Program-made: the position numbers and the translations under genes
In this document: positions 8,035 to 16,361 of the stretch, piece after piece
How positions within the stretch are numbered: the first letter of the stretch is position 1
How the letters are laid out: every line of letters begins with the position of its first letter
Notes under the pieces: model-generated
Databases searched by the model: none
Told to the model about the DNA's origin: nothing
Seen by the model: only the letters and a program-made list of their open reading frames with translations
From: Chlamydiota bacterium
GTDB taxonomy: Bacteria > Auribacterota > JACPWU01
Assembly: GCA_016196885.1 (NCBI GenBank)
Contig: JACPWU010000022.1
Location: forward strand, 1 to 32,000
Length of the DNA stretch: 32,000 nucleotides
Reading direction: 5' to 3'

Positions 8035-9801
8035 CTATTCAGAACCTCCAGGATTCACAACAGAATCAAGACTCAAATCTAAACTTCTTTCTTCGCGAAT
8101 GGGACGACCTTCGGAGTCAACAGGACAACCCTCCGGAATTCCTAAAGGAGATCTCCCTCTTTCTCCTGTCCCCTCGGCCCCGGGCTGTCCTTCTTCTTCT
8201 CGGCCGAAACGCCTGGTTTGCTCTTCCCCCCGCTCATCTCGCTCTAATTCTTTCTGCCATGGGGCAACTCTCTCCATCAAAGCACCGTCTAAATCACCCC
8301 CTTCAGGATCAAGGGGATCTAGATCTGGACCCATCTCTGAAGAGGACTTCTTGTCATCTCCTGATGAATCTTCATCCTCTTTATTTTCATCGTCACTGCT
8401 GTCTTCATCACTGTCTTTATCATCCTTGTCATCATCAGAATCGTTAGAATCAGAAGTATCTTCCTTGGCTTTTGAGTCCGTCTCTGACTGATTCTCCGAC
8501 GCACCTGTCTCTGAAGAAGTTTTCCTGTCTCCATCACCAGACCCTGATGTGACACCCCCTACCCAGCCACTTTCCCCCAAGGGCGTCGCCCCAACCGTTC
8601 CCCTTCCTTCAGATGGGGTCTCGTCCTTCTCACCTCCATCCGTCTGGGTCCCTTTCTGAACCCAAACTTCATGAAAAGTTTCTCCATTGTCATCGCTCTC
8701 CTCAACCACCACCCCTCCATCGGCAGAACGATGTGTGCGTCTGTACAGACTCACTTCACCATCCGATCCATAAAGAACTGTGACTTCTATATCCACCCCT
8801 CTCTCATTCTTGGAATAGGTAGAATGAACATAGCCCTGAACATGGCCATCCGCATCTCGATGTTCTGAAAAACGATGTTCAAGCCCGTCTCGATCTCTCC
8901 ACTCGGAACTCCGCATGGTTCCCCCATTCTGTGTATCGGTGTCCCGTCCTTCTCGAGGGGGTCGAGTCCCAGACCAGCCCCCAATTTCCCTTAGTATTCT
9001 CCTGCCGGGTCTGGAAAAACTGCCTCCTCCCTCTGAGACAATACCCAATCCAAGGCGAGATGAAGGAGGAGCCTGGGAAGGCAAAGGAGCCTTTCCAAAA
9101 GAACCCAGCTCATCCCTTCCGGGTTCCCTCTCTCCCAAAGAATGCCCTGGAAAACTTTCTTCATCCCTTGGAAGGACGTCCACCTTTTCTATTTTCTCTG
9201 GAGCATCCTCCAAAAGAGGACTGCCAAATTTATCTCCTAAAACCTCTCGATAGGAATTCTCATCTTTGACTCCTAAAGTTCTTGAGGCATCCCCCAATAT
9301 ATTTCCATTCTCCAGCTCTCCTCGAGCACCCGAAGAAAGGACACCCTTCTCCACAAAATCTGCTTTCCTAACATCCATCGGAATATCCATAGAAGCACTT
9401 CCAGAAGAAGGAACATTCGCAGGATTCATGGCGGCACCCATCGAGGGAAGCGGCCCAGCGGATGCTGGCAAAACAGATCCAGAGCTGCTTGAAGAAGCCG
9501 CATCGCGAATGGGTTGAAGCACCTGTGCTCTGGCAGGATCTTGAATCCCTGTTTGGGACAAAAGAGAAGCATCTTGGGGGTTGTGCACAACATCTCTTTC
9601 TCCTAAAACCGTTGAAGACGCTCCTCCCTTCTGTGAAGCTGAAAACTGCGTCGAAATCCCTTGTGACAAATTTATTTGGGAAGACCCCGATGTTGAGCTT
9701 ATCCCCTTCTCATCGGAGGCTCCTTCCACCATCCCAAAAGAAATAAGAACCAGAAATAAACTGAAAAATTTTCTTCTCATCATTCCTCCTCTCAATCGCA
9801 A
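8035..9801 (-). CDS. Secreted, low-complexity, strongly acidic hypothetical protein. The likely true start is ATG 9783 or 9780.
   Basis: Signal peptide MMRRKFFSLFLVLISFGMVEGA with no lipobox Cys. GAGGAGGA lies just 5' of the internal ATGATG. Long S/G/P/E-rich sequence and a D/E/S/K tract (DSNDSDDDKDDKDSDEDSSDDENKEDEDSSGDD). Co-directional with and abutting neighbouring genes. Confidence 0.6.
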   Translation of the reverse strand: MRLRGGMMRRKFFSLFLVLISFGMVEGASDEKGISSTSGSSQINLSQGISTQFSASQKGGASSTVLGERDVVHNPQDASLLSQTGIQDPARAQVLQPIRDAASSSSSGSVLPASAGPLPSMGAAMNPANVPSSGSASMDIPMDVRKADFVEKGVLSSGARGELENGNILGDASRTLGVKDENSYREVLGDKFGSPLLEDAPEKIEKVDVLPRDEESFPGHSLGEREPGRDELGSFGKAPLPSQAPPSSRLGLGIVSEGGGSFSRPGRRILREIGGWSGTRPPREGRDTDTQNGGTMRSSEWRDRDGLEHRFSEHRDADGHVQGYVHSTYSKNERGVDIEVTVLYGSDGEVSLYRRTHRSADGGVVVEESDDNGETFHEVWVQKGTQTDGGEKDETPSEGRGTVGATPLGESGWVGGVTSGSGDGDRKTSSETGASENQSETDSKAKEDTSDSNDSDDDKDDKDSDEDSSDDENKEDEDSSGDDKKSSSEMGPDLDPLDPEGGDLDGALMERVAPWQKELERDERGEEQTRRFGREEEGQPGAEGTGERGRSPLGIPEGCPVDSEGRPIREERSLDLSLDSVVNPGGSE

Positions 9802-10277
9802 AAACCTGGAATATTATTTGGATTAAAACAACCTCCGCTTCCTGGATCCGAGCTCGCACCTGATCCTTCGATTGAAGACCCGCCAGAGGATGATTCAGGA
9901 ACAAGATCGCTCTCCTCAACAGAAGGGGACGACTCCGCCTCATCCGAAACCGCAGGCGAAACTTTATCCCTGAGAACCTCCTCGCCTAAAAACGTTTGGG
10001 CCTCTTCTACTTCCTGATCATAAGGAGGAAGTCCCATCAAAAGCTGAGGAGGAATCATCTCCCATCGATAAAGCCTTACTTTTTCAATTCTCCACGGACG
10101 GTTTAATAAATTTAATTCCTCTTCGATCTTTTGATCCGACAAATAAGAGGGAGAATCTGCAGTCACACCCTTGCCCAATACACTTAAAAAAAGAGCAACC
10201 CAAAAGGTGATTCGAGAATTAAAGATCCCAATAGAATGAAAGCCCATAAATATTCCTCTCATATTCGGCAAAATCAT
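9792..10277 (-). CDS. Small secreted hypothetical protein. The start is uncertain, possibly ATG 10247.
   Basis: Hydrophobic signal-like segment RITFWVALFLSVLGKGVTA, an acidic/Ser-rich C-terminal half, and a terminal CFNPNNIPGFCD with two Cys. Overlaps the upstream gene's 3' end and the downstream gene's 5' end. Confidence 0.5.
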   Translation of the reverse strand: MILPNMRGIFMGFHSIGIFNSRITFWVALFLSVLGKGVTADSPSYLSDQKIEEELNLLNRPWRIEKVRLYRWEMIPPQLLMGLPPYDQEVEEAQTFLGEEVLRDKVSPAVSDEAESSPSVEESDLVPESSSGGSSIEGSGASSDPGSGGCFNPNNIPGFCD

Positions 10278-11565
10278 AATTAGAACTTGTCGTCACATAA
10301 GTATAACTCAATTCTACCTTCGCCTTCTCGTTCCAAAAATTTCGAGAGAGTCCACCCCCACACGTATAGACATCGTCCAATCTCTCTGGATCCGGCGTAA
10401 ACTCTACATAATCTTCACTCTGGTATTCCACTCGACTGAAAAGCCGAAGCTTCCAAGGAAGCGCAAGAGAAATAAAACCGCTGATTCGATGGCTCTCCAG
10501 ACGAAAGACATTTCCCTCCACGTCATTCCACTCAAAAAAATATCCAGGTCCTAAAACCAATCTGTTTTGGAACAAATAAAAACACTGCTGAGCGCCCACC
10601 TCATAACTCAAGCCATCTCTTGAAAAACGTTCTGGAAAATCCGTATCCGTTTCGAAATTTTTTTCATGTATGCTGATCTTAGGTCTGAAAACAGCCTGAT
10701 CCAACCATTGAAAATCGAGTCCTGTAGAAGCTTCATATTCTTCGCTGAAATCCTCCCCTCCCAAACGGATAAAATGATAATTTCCCTGCAAAAAAGCCTG
10801 ATAAGGGAAATCACCCCACCTGCCCTTGCGCTGTAAAAAAAGCCTTGGAGAATGACTCATGACGTCAAAATCTTCCAGGGTCTCTTCCTCATGAAAACTC
10901 TCATAAAAGGTGTAACCTCCTCCCCAGGTAAAAGGCTTTCGACCCTCCTTTTGCTCCCAGATTCGAAGTTCTATATCCGCGGAGGCAATCAAGCGATAAG
11001 ACTCTGTGGCGTCATCTCCTTCTACGTGGCGAGAACGTCCCCTCACATTGTCGTCATACTCCCCTGATAAACGGAGTAAAAAATTCCAGCGCCGATCTTT
11101 TTTGCGCACCCCCTCCACTTGCCGAAGACGTTCCAAAACAGGCAAAACTTCCCTGGCCCTTTGTGCGTAGAGCGAATCCGGAGCCCTCTTTTGAATGTCA
11201 GTTAAAAGACGAATGGACTCTGATAAGTCCCCTCGATAAGCGAGCGCCTGAGCCAAGTGATAACGGCAAGAAAAACTTTCAGGTTCAATTTTTAAGGCCT
11301 CTCGAAAAAGAAGAATGGCCTCATCTTCTTTGTTCAACTCTACAAGGCATATCCCTTTCATTCGCAGAAGAAAAGGATCTTGGGGACTTTTTTCAAGAAG
11401 CTTGTGAATCACTTCAAGGGCAGGGGCATATTCTTTTCTTTTGATCAAATAGGCTGCACTGTCCCAACCCTCAGTGTCCTGGAGAGCTGCAAGCCAACCC
11501 TGAGAGGTTAAAAGAAAAAAAACAAAAAAGAGACGGATCCTTTTTAACAATTTATTCATTTTCAT
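10219..11565 (-). CDS. Outer-membrane protein with an N-terminal TPR domain and a C-terminal predicted beta-barrel (Slam/DUF560-like or small polysaccharide-porin-like architecture)
   Basis: The track ORF runs to 11628, but its first 21 codons (MMGRTFIAYDDLERSLRLAKR) translate the REP-like element. The likely start is MKMNKLLKRIRLFFVFFLLTSQGWLAA (ATG 11565 or 11559). TPR-like helices span about residues 50-170. After that comes alternating beta-strand-like sequence beginning RRWNFLLRLSGEYDDNV and ending YGLSFYWDL. Confidence 0.72.
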   Translation of the reverse strand: MKMNKLLKRIRLFFVFFLLTSQGWLAALQDTEGWDSAAYLIKRKEYAPALEVIHKLLEKSPQDPFLLRMKGICLVELNKEDEAILLFREALKIEPESFSCRYHLAQALAYRGDLSESIRLLTDIQKRAPDSLYAQRAREVLPVLERLRQVEGVRKKDRRWNFLLRLSGEYDDNVRGRSRHVEGDDATESYRLIASADIELRIWEQKEGRKPFTWGGGYTFYESFHEEETLEDFDVMSHSPRLFLQRKGRWGDFPYQAFLQGNYHFIRLGGEDFSEEYEASTGLDFQWLDQAVFRPKISIHEKNFETDTDFPERFSRDGLSYEVGAQQCFYLFQNRLVLGPGYFFEWNDVEGNVFRLESHRISGFISLALPWKLRLFSRVEYQSEDYVEFTPDPERLDDVYTCGGGLSRNFWNEKAKVELSYTYVTTSSNYDFAEYERNIYGLSFYWDL

Positions 11566-11579
11566 TCTCTTGGCTAATC

Positions 11580-11690
11580 TCAATGATCTTTCGAGATCAT
11601 CGTATGCGATGAAAGTTCTCCCCATCATGCTTTTTTCGTAGTCGCCCCATTTATGGGGCTGCCCGATGAATCGGGCGACTACAAAATGAG
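11580..11690. repeat. REP-like composite element, copy 2 (same flanks as copy 1, core in the opposite orientation)
   Basis: The core at 11638-11682 reads GTAGTCGCCCCATTTATGGGGCTGCCCGATGAATCGGGCGACTAC. This is the exact reverse complement of the 22547-22591 core. Confidence 0.85.
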
Positions 11691-11691
11691 A

Positions 11692-12822
11692 TTACAAAAT
11701 TTTGTCCTTCAACTCGCAAAGCCGAGCATGCTCATTCAAAGCAAAGCGATCCGTCATCCCCGCAATGTAATCGCAGACCACTTGCTGAAGTTGAGCCCCT
11801 TTAAGTTTAGCTTGCGTTGTCTCCTTTAAAAGATGGGGACTTGCTTTATAAAGCTTAAAAAGATCACATACTACCTGCAAAGCCTGGTCATTCATTTTTT
11901 GCACTTGGGGATGGTTGTAAAGATTTTTAAAAAGGAAACTCCTGAGGGCCTGAACAAGACTTCGCACTTCTGGACTAAAATCCACCACTCTTTGTCGAAC
12001 CTCCTTTAATTGATCTAGATTTTGAATTTTATTCTGAGCGATCAAATGATCCGTATATTTTACCAAATCTGTGACCATGGTATTGATCATGTTACGAACG
12101 GTGTAATAGCAGCGAATCTCTGACGAAACCGACGCATGACCCTTGCGAATCGCCTCAAAGGCGTGATGCCAAAGCTCCACTTGGGCCAAATCCTTTTCAC
12201 TTAAGAGCCCTGAAGCCAAGCCATCGTCCACATCATGGCAAAGATAGGCAATGTCATCCGAGAGGTCGGCCACTTGGGCCTCAAGACTGGAAGTATTCGC
12301 GGCTTCCCCCGGCCGATGTTTCTGAATTCCCTCCCGAACCTCCCAAGTCAAATTGAGCCCCTCAAATTGGGGATAGCGCCTTTCTAATTTTTCAATCATT
12401 CTAAGCGACTGATGATTGTGTTCGAAACCCCCTGCCTCCTGCATCATCAAATCTAAAGCCTTCTCCCCGCTGTGCCCAAAAGGAGGATGCCCCACATCAT
12501 GTGCCAAGGCAATCGCCTCCGTCAAATCTTCATTCAGCGAAAGCGCCCTGGCAATGTTGCGTCCGATTTGAGCAACCTCCATGGTATGCGTGAGACGCGT
12601 GCGGTAATGATCCCCTTCGTGGTTCACAAACACCTGCGTCTTATATTCCAACCGGCGAAAAGCCCGCGAATGCACAATGCGGTCACGATCCCTTTGAAAA
12701 GCCGTGCGCACCGGATGTTCCTCTTCTGGATAAAGACGTCCCTTCGTCTGGCCACTTTTGCGCGCATAAGGGGCCAAAATTTTTTCTTCAATTTCTTCGT
12801 ACCCTTGACGTGTCATCAACAT
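11692..12822 (-). CDS. dgt: dGTPase-like HD-domain triphosphohydrolase
   Basis: Motifs RTAFQRDRDRIVHSRAFRRLEYKTQVF and HDVGHPPFGH. The track start 12963 reads through the heptad hairpin. The likely start is ATG 12822 or 12816 (MLMTRQGYEEIEEKILAPYA). Confidence 0.88.
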   Translation of the reverse strand: MLMTRQGYEEIEEKILAPYARKSGQTKGRLYPEEEHPVRTAFQRDRDRIVHSRAFRRLEYKTQVFVNHEGDHYRTRLTHTMEVAQIGRNIARALSLNEDLTEAIALAHDVGHPPFGHSGEKALDLMMQEAGGFEHNHQSLRMIEKLERRYPQFEGLNLTWEVREGIQKHRPGEAANTSSLEAQVADLSDDIAYLCHDVDDGLASGLLSEKDLAQVELWHHAFEAIRKGHASVSSEIRCYYTVRNMINTMVTDLVKYTDHLIAQNKIQNLDQLKEVRQRVVDFSPEVRSLVQALRSFLFKNLYNHPQVQKMNDQALQVVCDLFKLYKASPHLLKETTQAKLKGAQLQQVVCDYIAGMTDRFALNEHARLCELKDKIL

Positions 12823-12824
12823 AA

Positions 12825-12887
12825 GTCCATAGTCCATGGTCCATAGTCGACAGTCCACAGTTTTAATGGACCATGGACTATGGACTG
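12825..12887. repeat. Heptad-array hairpin between der and the dGTPase-like gene
   Basis: GTCCATA GTCCATG GTCCATA GTCGACA GTCCACA, then the loop GTTTTAA, then TGGACCA TGGACTA TGGACTG. The der stop codon lies inside the right arm. Confidence 0.9.
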
Positions 12888-14200
12888 CTTCTTTTTCGCT
12901 TCCCGCTTTGATAAACAAATTTAATAGGCGATCCCTCAAACCCAAAAAGCTTTCTAAATTCACGCTCCAAAAAGAACCGATAGGACTCCTTCACGAAACT
13001 GGCTTGATTCACATGAATATGAAACTCCGGAGGATGACTTGCCGCCTGCAAAATTCGATCAAATCGAGGCATGTGCCCTTCTTCACTGGGCGGCTGGCGA
13101 ATGGCGAGAAAATTTTCTAGAAATGTTTCCAATTCCTCATCTGAAATTTTCCTCCTTCCACTTTCATCCACTTGAACAATCTTTTCAATTAGATTGTCTA
13201 TCTGAAAACCTGTGAGGGCGGAGCAAAAAAGAATGGGATAAATATCTAAAAATTTCCATCTCTCTCGTAAAGCCTTCGTGTATTCACTTTTTTGAACCTT
13301 CTTCACCAAATCCCATTTATTGAGAACCAAAACACAGGCCTTATAACGTTTTCGAATCTCATTCAAGATGCGAATGTCTTGAGCCGTCACGCCCTCAGCC
13401 CCATCGGTCATCAACACAGTTAAATCTGCCCTTCGAATGCTCTTCAGGGAACGCATCACGCTAAAAGTTTCGGGCCCCATTTTGACTTGATTTCTTCGCC
13501 TCATTCCTGCGGTATCCACAAAAGTGAAAAGATGATTCTTAATTTTAATAGAAACATCAATGGAATCGCGGGTTGTACCGGGAACGGAATCTACAATCAA
13601 GCGCTGCTTTCCTAAAAGGAAATTGATCAGCGTGGATTTTCCCACGTTGGGTTTCCCGACCACCGCTACTTTAAGAGAAGATATTTCCTCTTCTTCAATT
13701 TTTCCCAAATGTTTTGTCACTTCATCTAGAAGTTCGGCAATGCCGACCCCATGGATGGAAGAAATCATAAATACAGATTTAAAACCAAAGCTATAAAATT
13801 CTTGTGTGTTTTCTTCCATATTAGGATGATCGACTTTGTTCACCACGAGAATCATTTTCTTCCCAGAACGGCGAATCCAAGCTGCAACCTCATCATCCAA
13901 GGGCGTCACTCCATTCTTTGCATCCACAATCAAAAGAACAAGAGCCGCCTCTTCCAAAGCCATTTTGACCTGCTCGTGCACTTGACGGTGAATAGAATCC
14001 TTCTGACTCTCATCCACTCCTCCCGTGTCTACCAGGCGAAGAGAAATTCCATTCCAGGTGAGACGAGCCTCCACGCGATCCCGCGTAATCCCAGGCTCCT
14101 CATGAACAATGGAAATACGCCGACCGATCAGACGATTAAAAAGAGTGGATTTTCCAACATTGGGACGGCCGATGATGGCAACGATGTTTTTCGAGTTCAC
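12878..14200 (-). CDS. der: Ribosome-associated GTPase Der (EngA)
   Basis: 440 aa with two tandem G domains (GRPNVGKSTLFN and GKPNVGKSTLIN), a KH-like C-terminus and a GTG start. There is a 4-nt overlap with pgsA. Confidence 0.95.
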   Translation of the reverse strand: MNSKNIVAIIGRPNVGKSTLFNRLIGRRISIVHEEPGITRDRVEARLTWNGISLRLVDTGGVDESQKDSIHRQVHEQVKMALEEAALVLLIVDAKNGVTPLDDEVAAWIRRSGKKMILVVNKVDHPNMEENTQEFYSFGFKSVFMISSIHGVGIAELLDEVTKHLGKIEEEEISSLKVAVVGKPNVGKSTLINFLLGKQRLIVDSVPGTTRDSIDVSIKIKNHLFTFVDTAGMRRRNQVKMGPETFSVMRSLKSIRRADLTVLMTDGAEGVTAQDIRILNEIRKRYKACVLVLNKWDLVKKVQKSEYTKALRERWKFLDIYPILFCSALTGFQIDNLIEKIVQVDESGRRKISDEELETFLENFLAIRQPPSEEGHMPRFDRILQAASHPPEFHIHVNQASFVKESYRFFLEREFRKLFGFEGSPIKFVYQSGKRKRSSP

Positions 14201-14799
14201 AGAGAGAGCACCTTACCGCTTCCATTCAATTGTCTGCTTCCATAAATAAGATAACCGATCCAAGAGGCAAAGGTAGCTATGGCCGCAATCCATATTGGAA
14301 CATCCGCATGAGGCCACTTCAATAAAATCCAGAAAACGGTGACCATTTGAGAAAAAGTCGTGACCTTACCCAAAACGCTTGGAACGATTTTCACACTTCC
14401 ATTTAAAATATGAATCAACAAAGCTCCTAACGTAATAAACACATCTCGAGAAATGACAAGCACGACAAACCAAAACGGCAAGCGATTCTGCAAGGCATGA
14501 TTGGGAAGTGCCAAAAGAATGATGGCCGACGTTAAAAGTAATTTATCCGCCAGAGGATCCAGAAAAGTTCCCAAGCGTGTTTGCTGGTGTCGCGTACGCG
14601 CGATAAAACCATCTAACGCATCCGTCAAAATGGCAATTCCAAAAGAGAGCATGGCCCCAATTCTAAGCCACTCGCTCTTGAACGCATCCGACTCTAAATA
14701 GCCCAAAAGCAAAACGACAAACAGAGGAACGAGAAAAATACGCCCCAAGGTAATACGATTGGCTAAGTTTAATGTAGATTTCTTGAGTTCTGCTTCCAT
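14197..14799 (-). CDS. pgsA: CDP-diacylglycerol--glycerol-3-phosphate 3-phosphatidyltransferase (CDP-alcohol phosphatidyltransferase family)
   Basis: Carries the CDP-alcohol motif DALDGFIARTRHQQTRLGTFLDPLADKL and multiple TM helices. The track start 14829 lies inside the GGGGAG-type repeat, so ATG 14799 (MEAELKKS...) is more likely. Confidence 0.85.
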   Translation of the reverse strand: MEAELKKSTLNLANRITLGRIFLVPLFVVLLLGYLESDAFKSEWLRIGAMLSFGIAILTDALDGFIARTRHQQTRLGTFLDPLADKLLLTSAIILLALPNHALQNRLPFWFVVLVISRDVFITLGALLIHILNGSVKIVPSVLGKVTTFSQMVTVFWILLKWPHADVPIWIAAIATFASWIGYLIYGSRQLNGSGKVLSL

Positions 14800-14816
14800 C
14801 GTCACAGTGATACCCC

Positions 14817-14912
14817 GTAACCCCTCCATCTCCCCTTAAATTAAGGGGAGAGCAAAACCCCTCTCATAGTGAGAGCTCCCCTCTTATTTCTAAGAGGGGT
14901 TGGGGGAGTTAT
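14817..14912. repeat. GGGGAG-type multi-hairpin element, intergenic copy between gltX and pgsA
   Basis: Three hairpins: CTCCCCT/AGGGGAG, CTCTCA/TGAGAG and CCCCTCTTA/TAAGAGGGG. It shares the blocks GTAACCCCTCCATCTCCCCT, TAAGGGGAGAG, CTCCCCTCTTA, TAAGAGGGG and GGGGAGTTAT with 3042-3159. Confidence 0.85.
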
Positions 14913-14924
14913 TAAATTTTTTAT

Positions 14925-16217
14925 CTACCGATCAAGCATGTCTTCCAACCTTTTTAAAACTCTCTCCCTCCCCAAAAGGCTCATCATCTGAAAAATCCCT
15001 GGGCTCACTTGCTTCCCTGTCAAAGCCACCCGGACCGGATGAATCAAATCACCCGCCTTCACCCCGAGACGCGTGGCCAAATTTCGAATGCAAGGCTCCA
15101 AGGCAGCTTCATTAAAACCGCCCAGCCCTTTTAACTCTTCTAATAGAATTTTCAATCGCTCTCTGGACTCTGGCGTTGAAAGATATTTTTGAACCGCCTG
15201 AGGGTCTGGTTCAATGGAATCCTGAAAAAAATAACAAGCCTCCCTTGGGAAATCAGCCAGCGTCTTGATGCGCTCTTTAAAAAGAGCCACGAGGGGTTCC
15301 AAACTTTCTTCCGAGGGCACCTTTCCAAATTGGGCCTGAACAAAAGGCACTAAATCCTTTTTCAAACGTTGAGAATCCGCTTGACGAATGTATTGCCCAT
15401 TCATCCATGTCAATTTTTCCACATCAAAGATAGCACTCTTGCGATTCACCCGATCTAAAGAAAAAAGACGGATCAAATCTTCACGACTCATTAATTCTAA
15501 ATCCCCTCCCGGAGACCAGCCCAAAAGCGCCAAGAAATTCATCAGGGCCTCCGGCAAAAATCCAGCCTCGCAATATTGAAGGAGAGCCGTCGCCCCGTGC
15601 CGCTTACTCAAGCGCTCGCCATCCGAACCCAAAATCATGGGAACATGTGCAAAATGAGGCCGCTTAAAACCCAAAGCCTCATACAAAGCCAATTGCTTGG
15701 GCGTATTTGAAAGATGATCATCCCCTCGAATCACATGCGTGACATTCAAAGTTGCATCATCCACAACGCAGGCAAAATTATAAGTCGGCGTCCCATCCGA
15801 TTTCAAAATGACCAACTCATTCAAAAGACTGTTGTCAAATTCTAATTTGCCATAAACCAAATCATCGAGTTCGACTTTTTCCGGAGGAATTTGAAAAACA
15901 ACAGCACCCTCCTTTTCGAAAGCCATGTCCTTTTTCACCAAATCCTGCGCCAGCGAACGATAAAGATCAAATCGGCTAGACTGATAAATGGGCCCCTCGT
16001 CCCAATCGAGGCCGAACCACTTTAGGCTCTCTAAAATTTCATCCCGGAATCGATCTTCAGAACGAACCGGGTCCGTATCTTCAATTCTAAGCTGAAAAAT
16101 CCCGCCCGCATGCCTCGCAAAAAGCCAATTAAAAAGGGCCGTGCGGGCCCCTCCAATATGGAGGAATCCCGTCGGACTGGGCGCAAAACGAACACGCACT
16201 TTTTCTGAAGCTGTCAT
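14925..16217 (-). CDS. gltX: Glutamate--tRNA ligase
   Basis: RFAPSPTGFLHIGGARTALFNW (HIGH motif) and RLSKRHG (KMSKS-type motif). The true start is probably MTASEKVRVRF at 16217 rather than the track start 16280. Confidence 0.92.
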   Translation of the reverse strand: MTASEKVRVRFAPSPTGFLHIGGARTALFNWLFARHAGGIFQLRIEDTDPVRSEDRFRDEILESLKWFGLDWDEGPIYQSSRFDLYRSLAQDLVKKDMAFEKEGAVVFQIPPEKVELDDLVYGKLEFDNSLLNELVILKSDGTPTYNFACVVDDATLNVTHVIRGDDHLSNTPKQLALYEALGFKRPHFAHVPMILGSDGERLSKRHGATALLQYCEAGFLPEALMNFLALLGWSPGGDLELMSREDLIRLFSLDRVNRKSAIFDVEKLTWMNGQYIRQADSQRLKKDLVPFVQAQFGKVPSEESLEPLVALFKERIKTLADFPREACYFFQDSIEPDPQAVQKYLSTPESRERLKILLEELKGLGGFNEAALEPCIRNLATRLGVKAGDLIHPVRVALTGKQVSPGIFQMMSLLGRERVLKRLEDMLDR

Positions 16218-16326
16218 AAGGTATTGATGATAAAGGAAGTGAGGAAATTTTGCACATGGAAAAAAATAATCGCAGGTCATTGATCTTGAAAAGGGTGCGG
16301 CGTTCAGTCGTCTTCAATTTAATGTC

Positions 16327-16354
16327 TTGAAAAAGTAATATTTTGTATTACAAT
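16327..16354 (+). promoter_or_regulatory. Candidate sigma70-type promoter with an overlapping inverted-repeat operator for the RHH gene
   Basis: TTGAAA (16327-16332), a 16-nt spacer, then TACAAT (16349-16354). The ATG lies 7 nt downstream, so the mRNA would be near-leaderless. Inverted repeat GTAATA (16335-16340) / TATTAC (16346-16351) spans the spacer and -10. Confidence 0.4.
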
Positions 16355-16361
16355 ATTATAT

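Noticed and set aside
8024-9826. Plus-strand ORFs opposite the acidic protein gene (8024..8491, 8915..9253, 8931..9269, 9266..9517, 9462..9746, 9581..9826)
   Set aside because: Compositional bias opens frames on both strands. Only the minus-strand ORF has a signal peptide, an SD sequence and a fit to the co-directional operon. The plus-strand products are Ser/Pro/Leu-rich nonsense.
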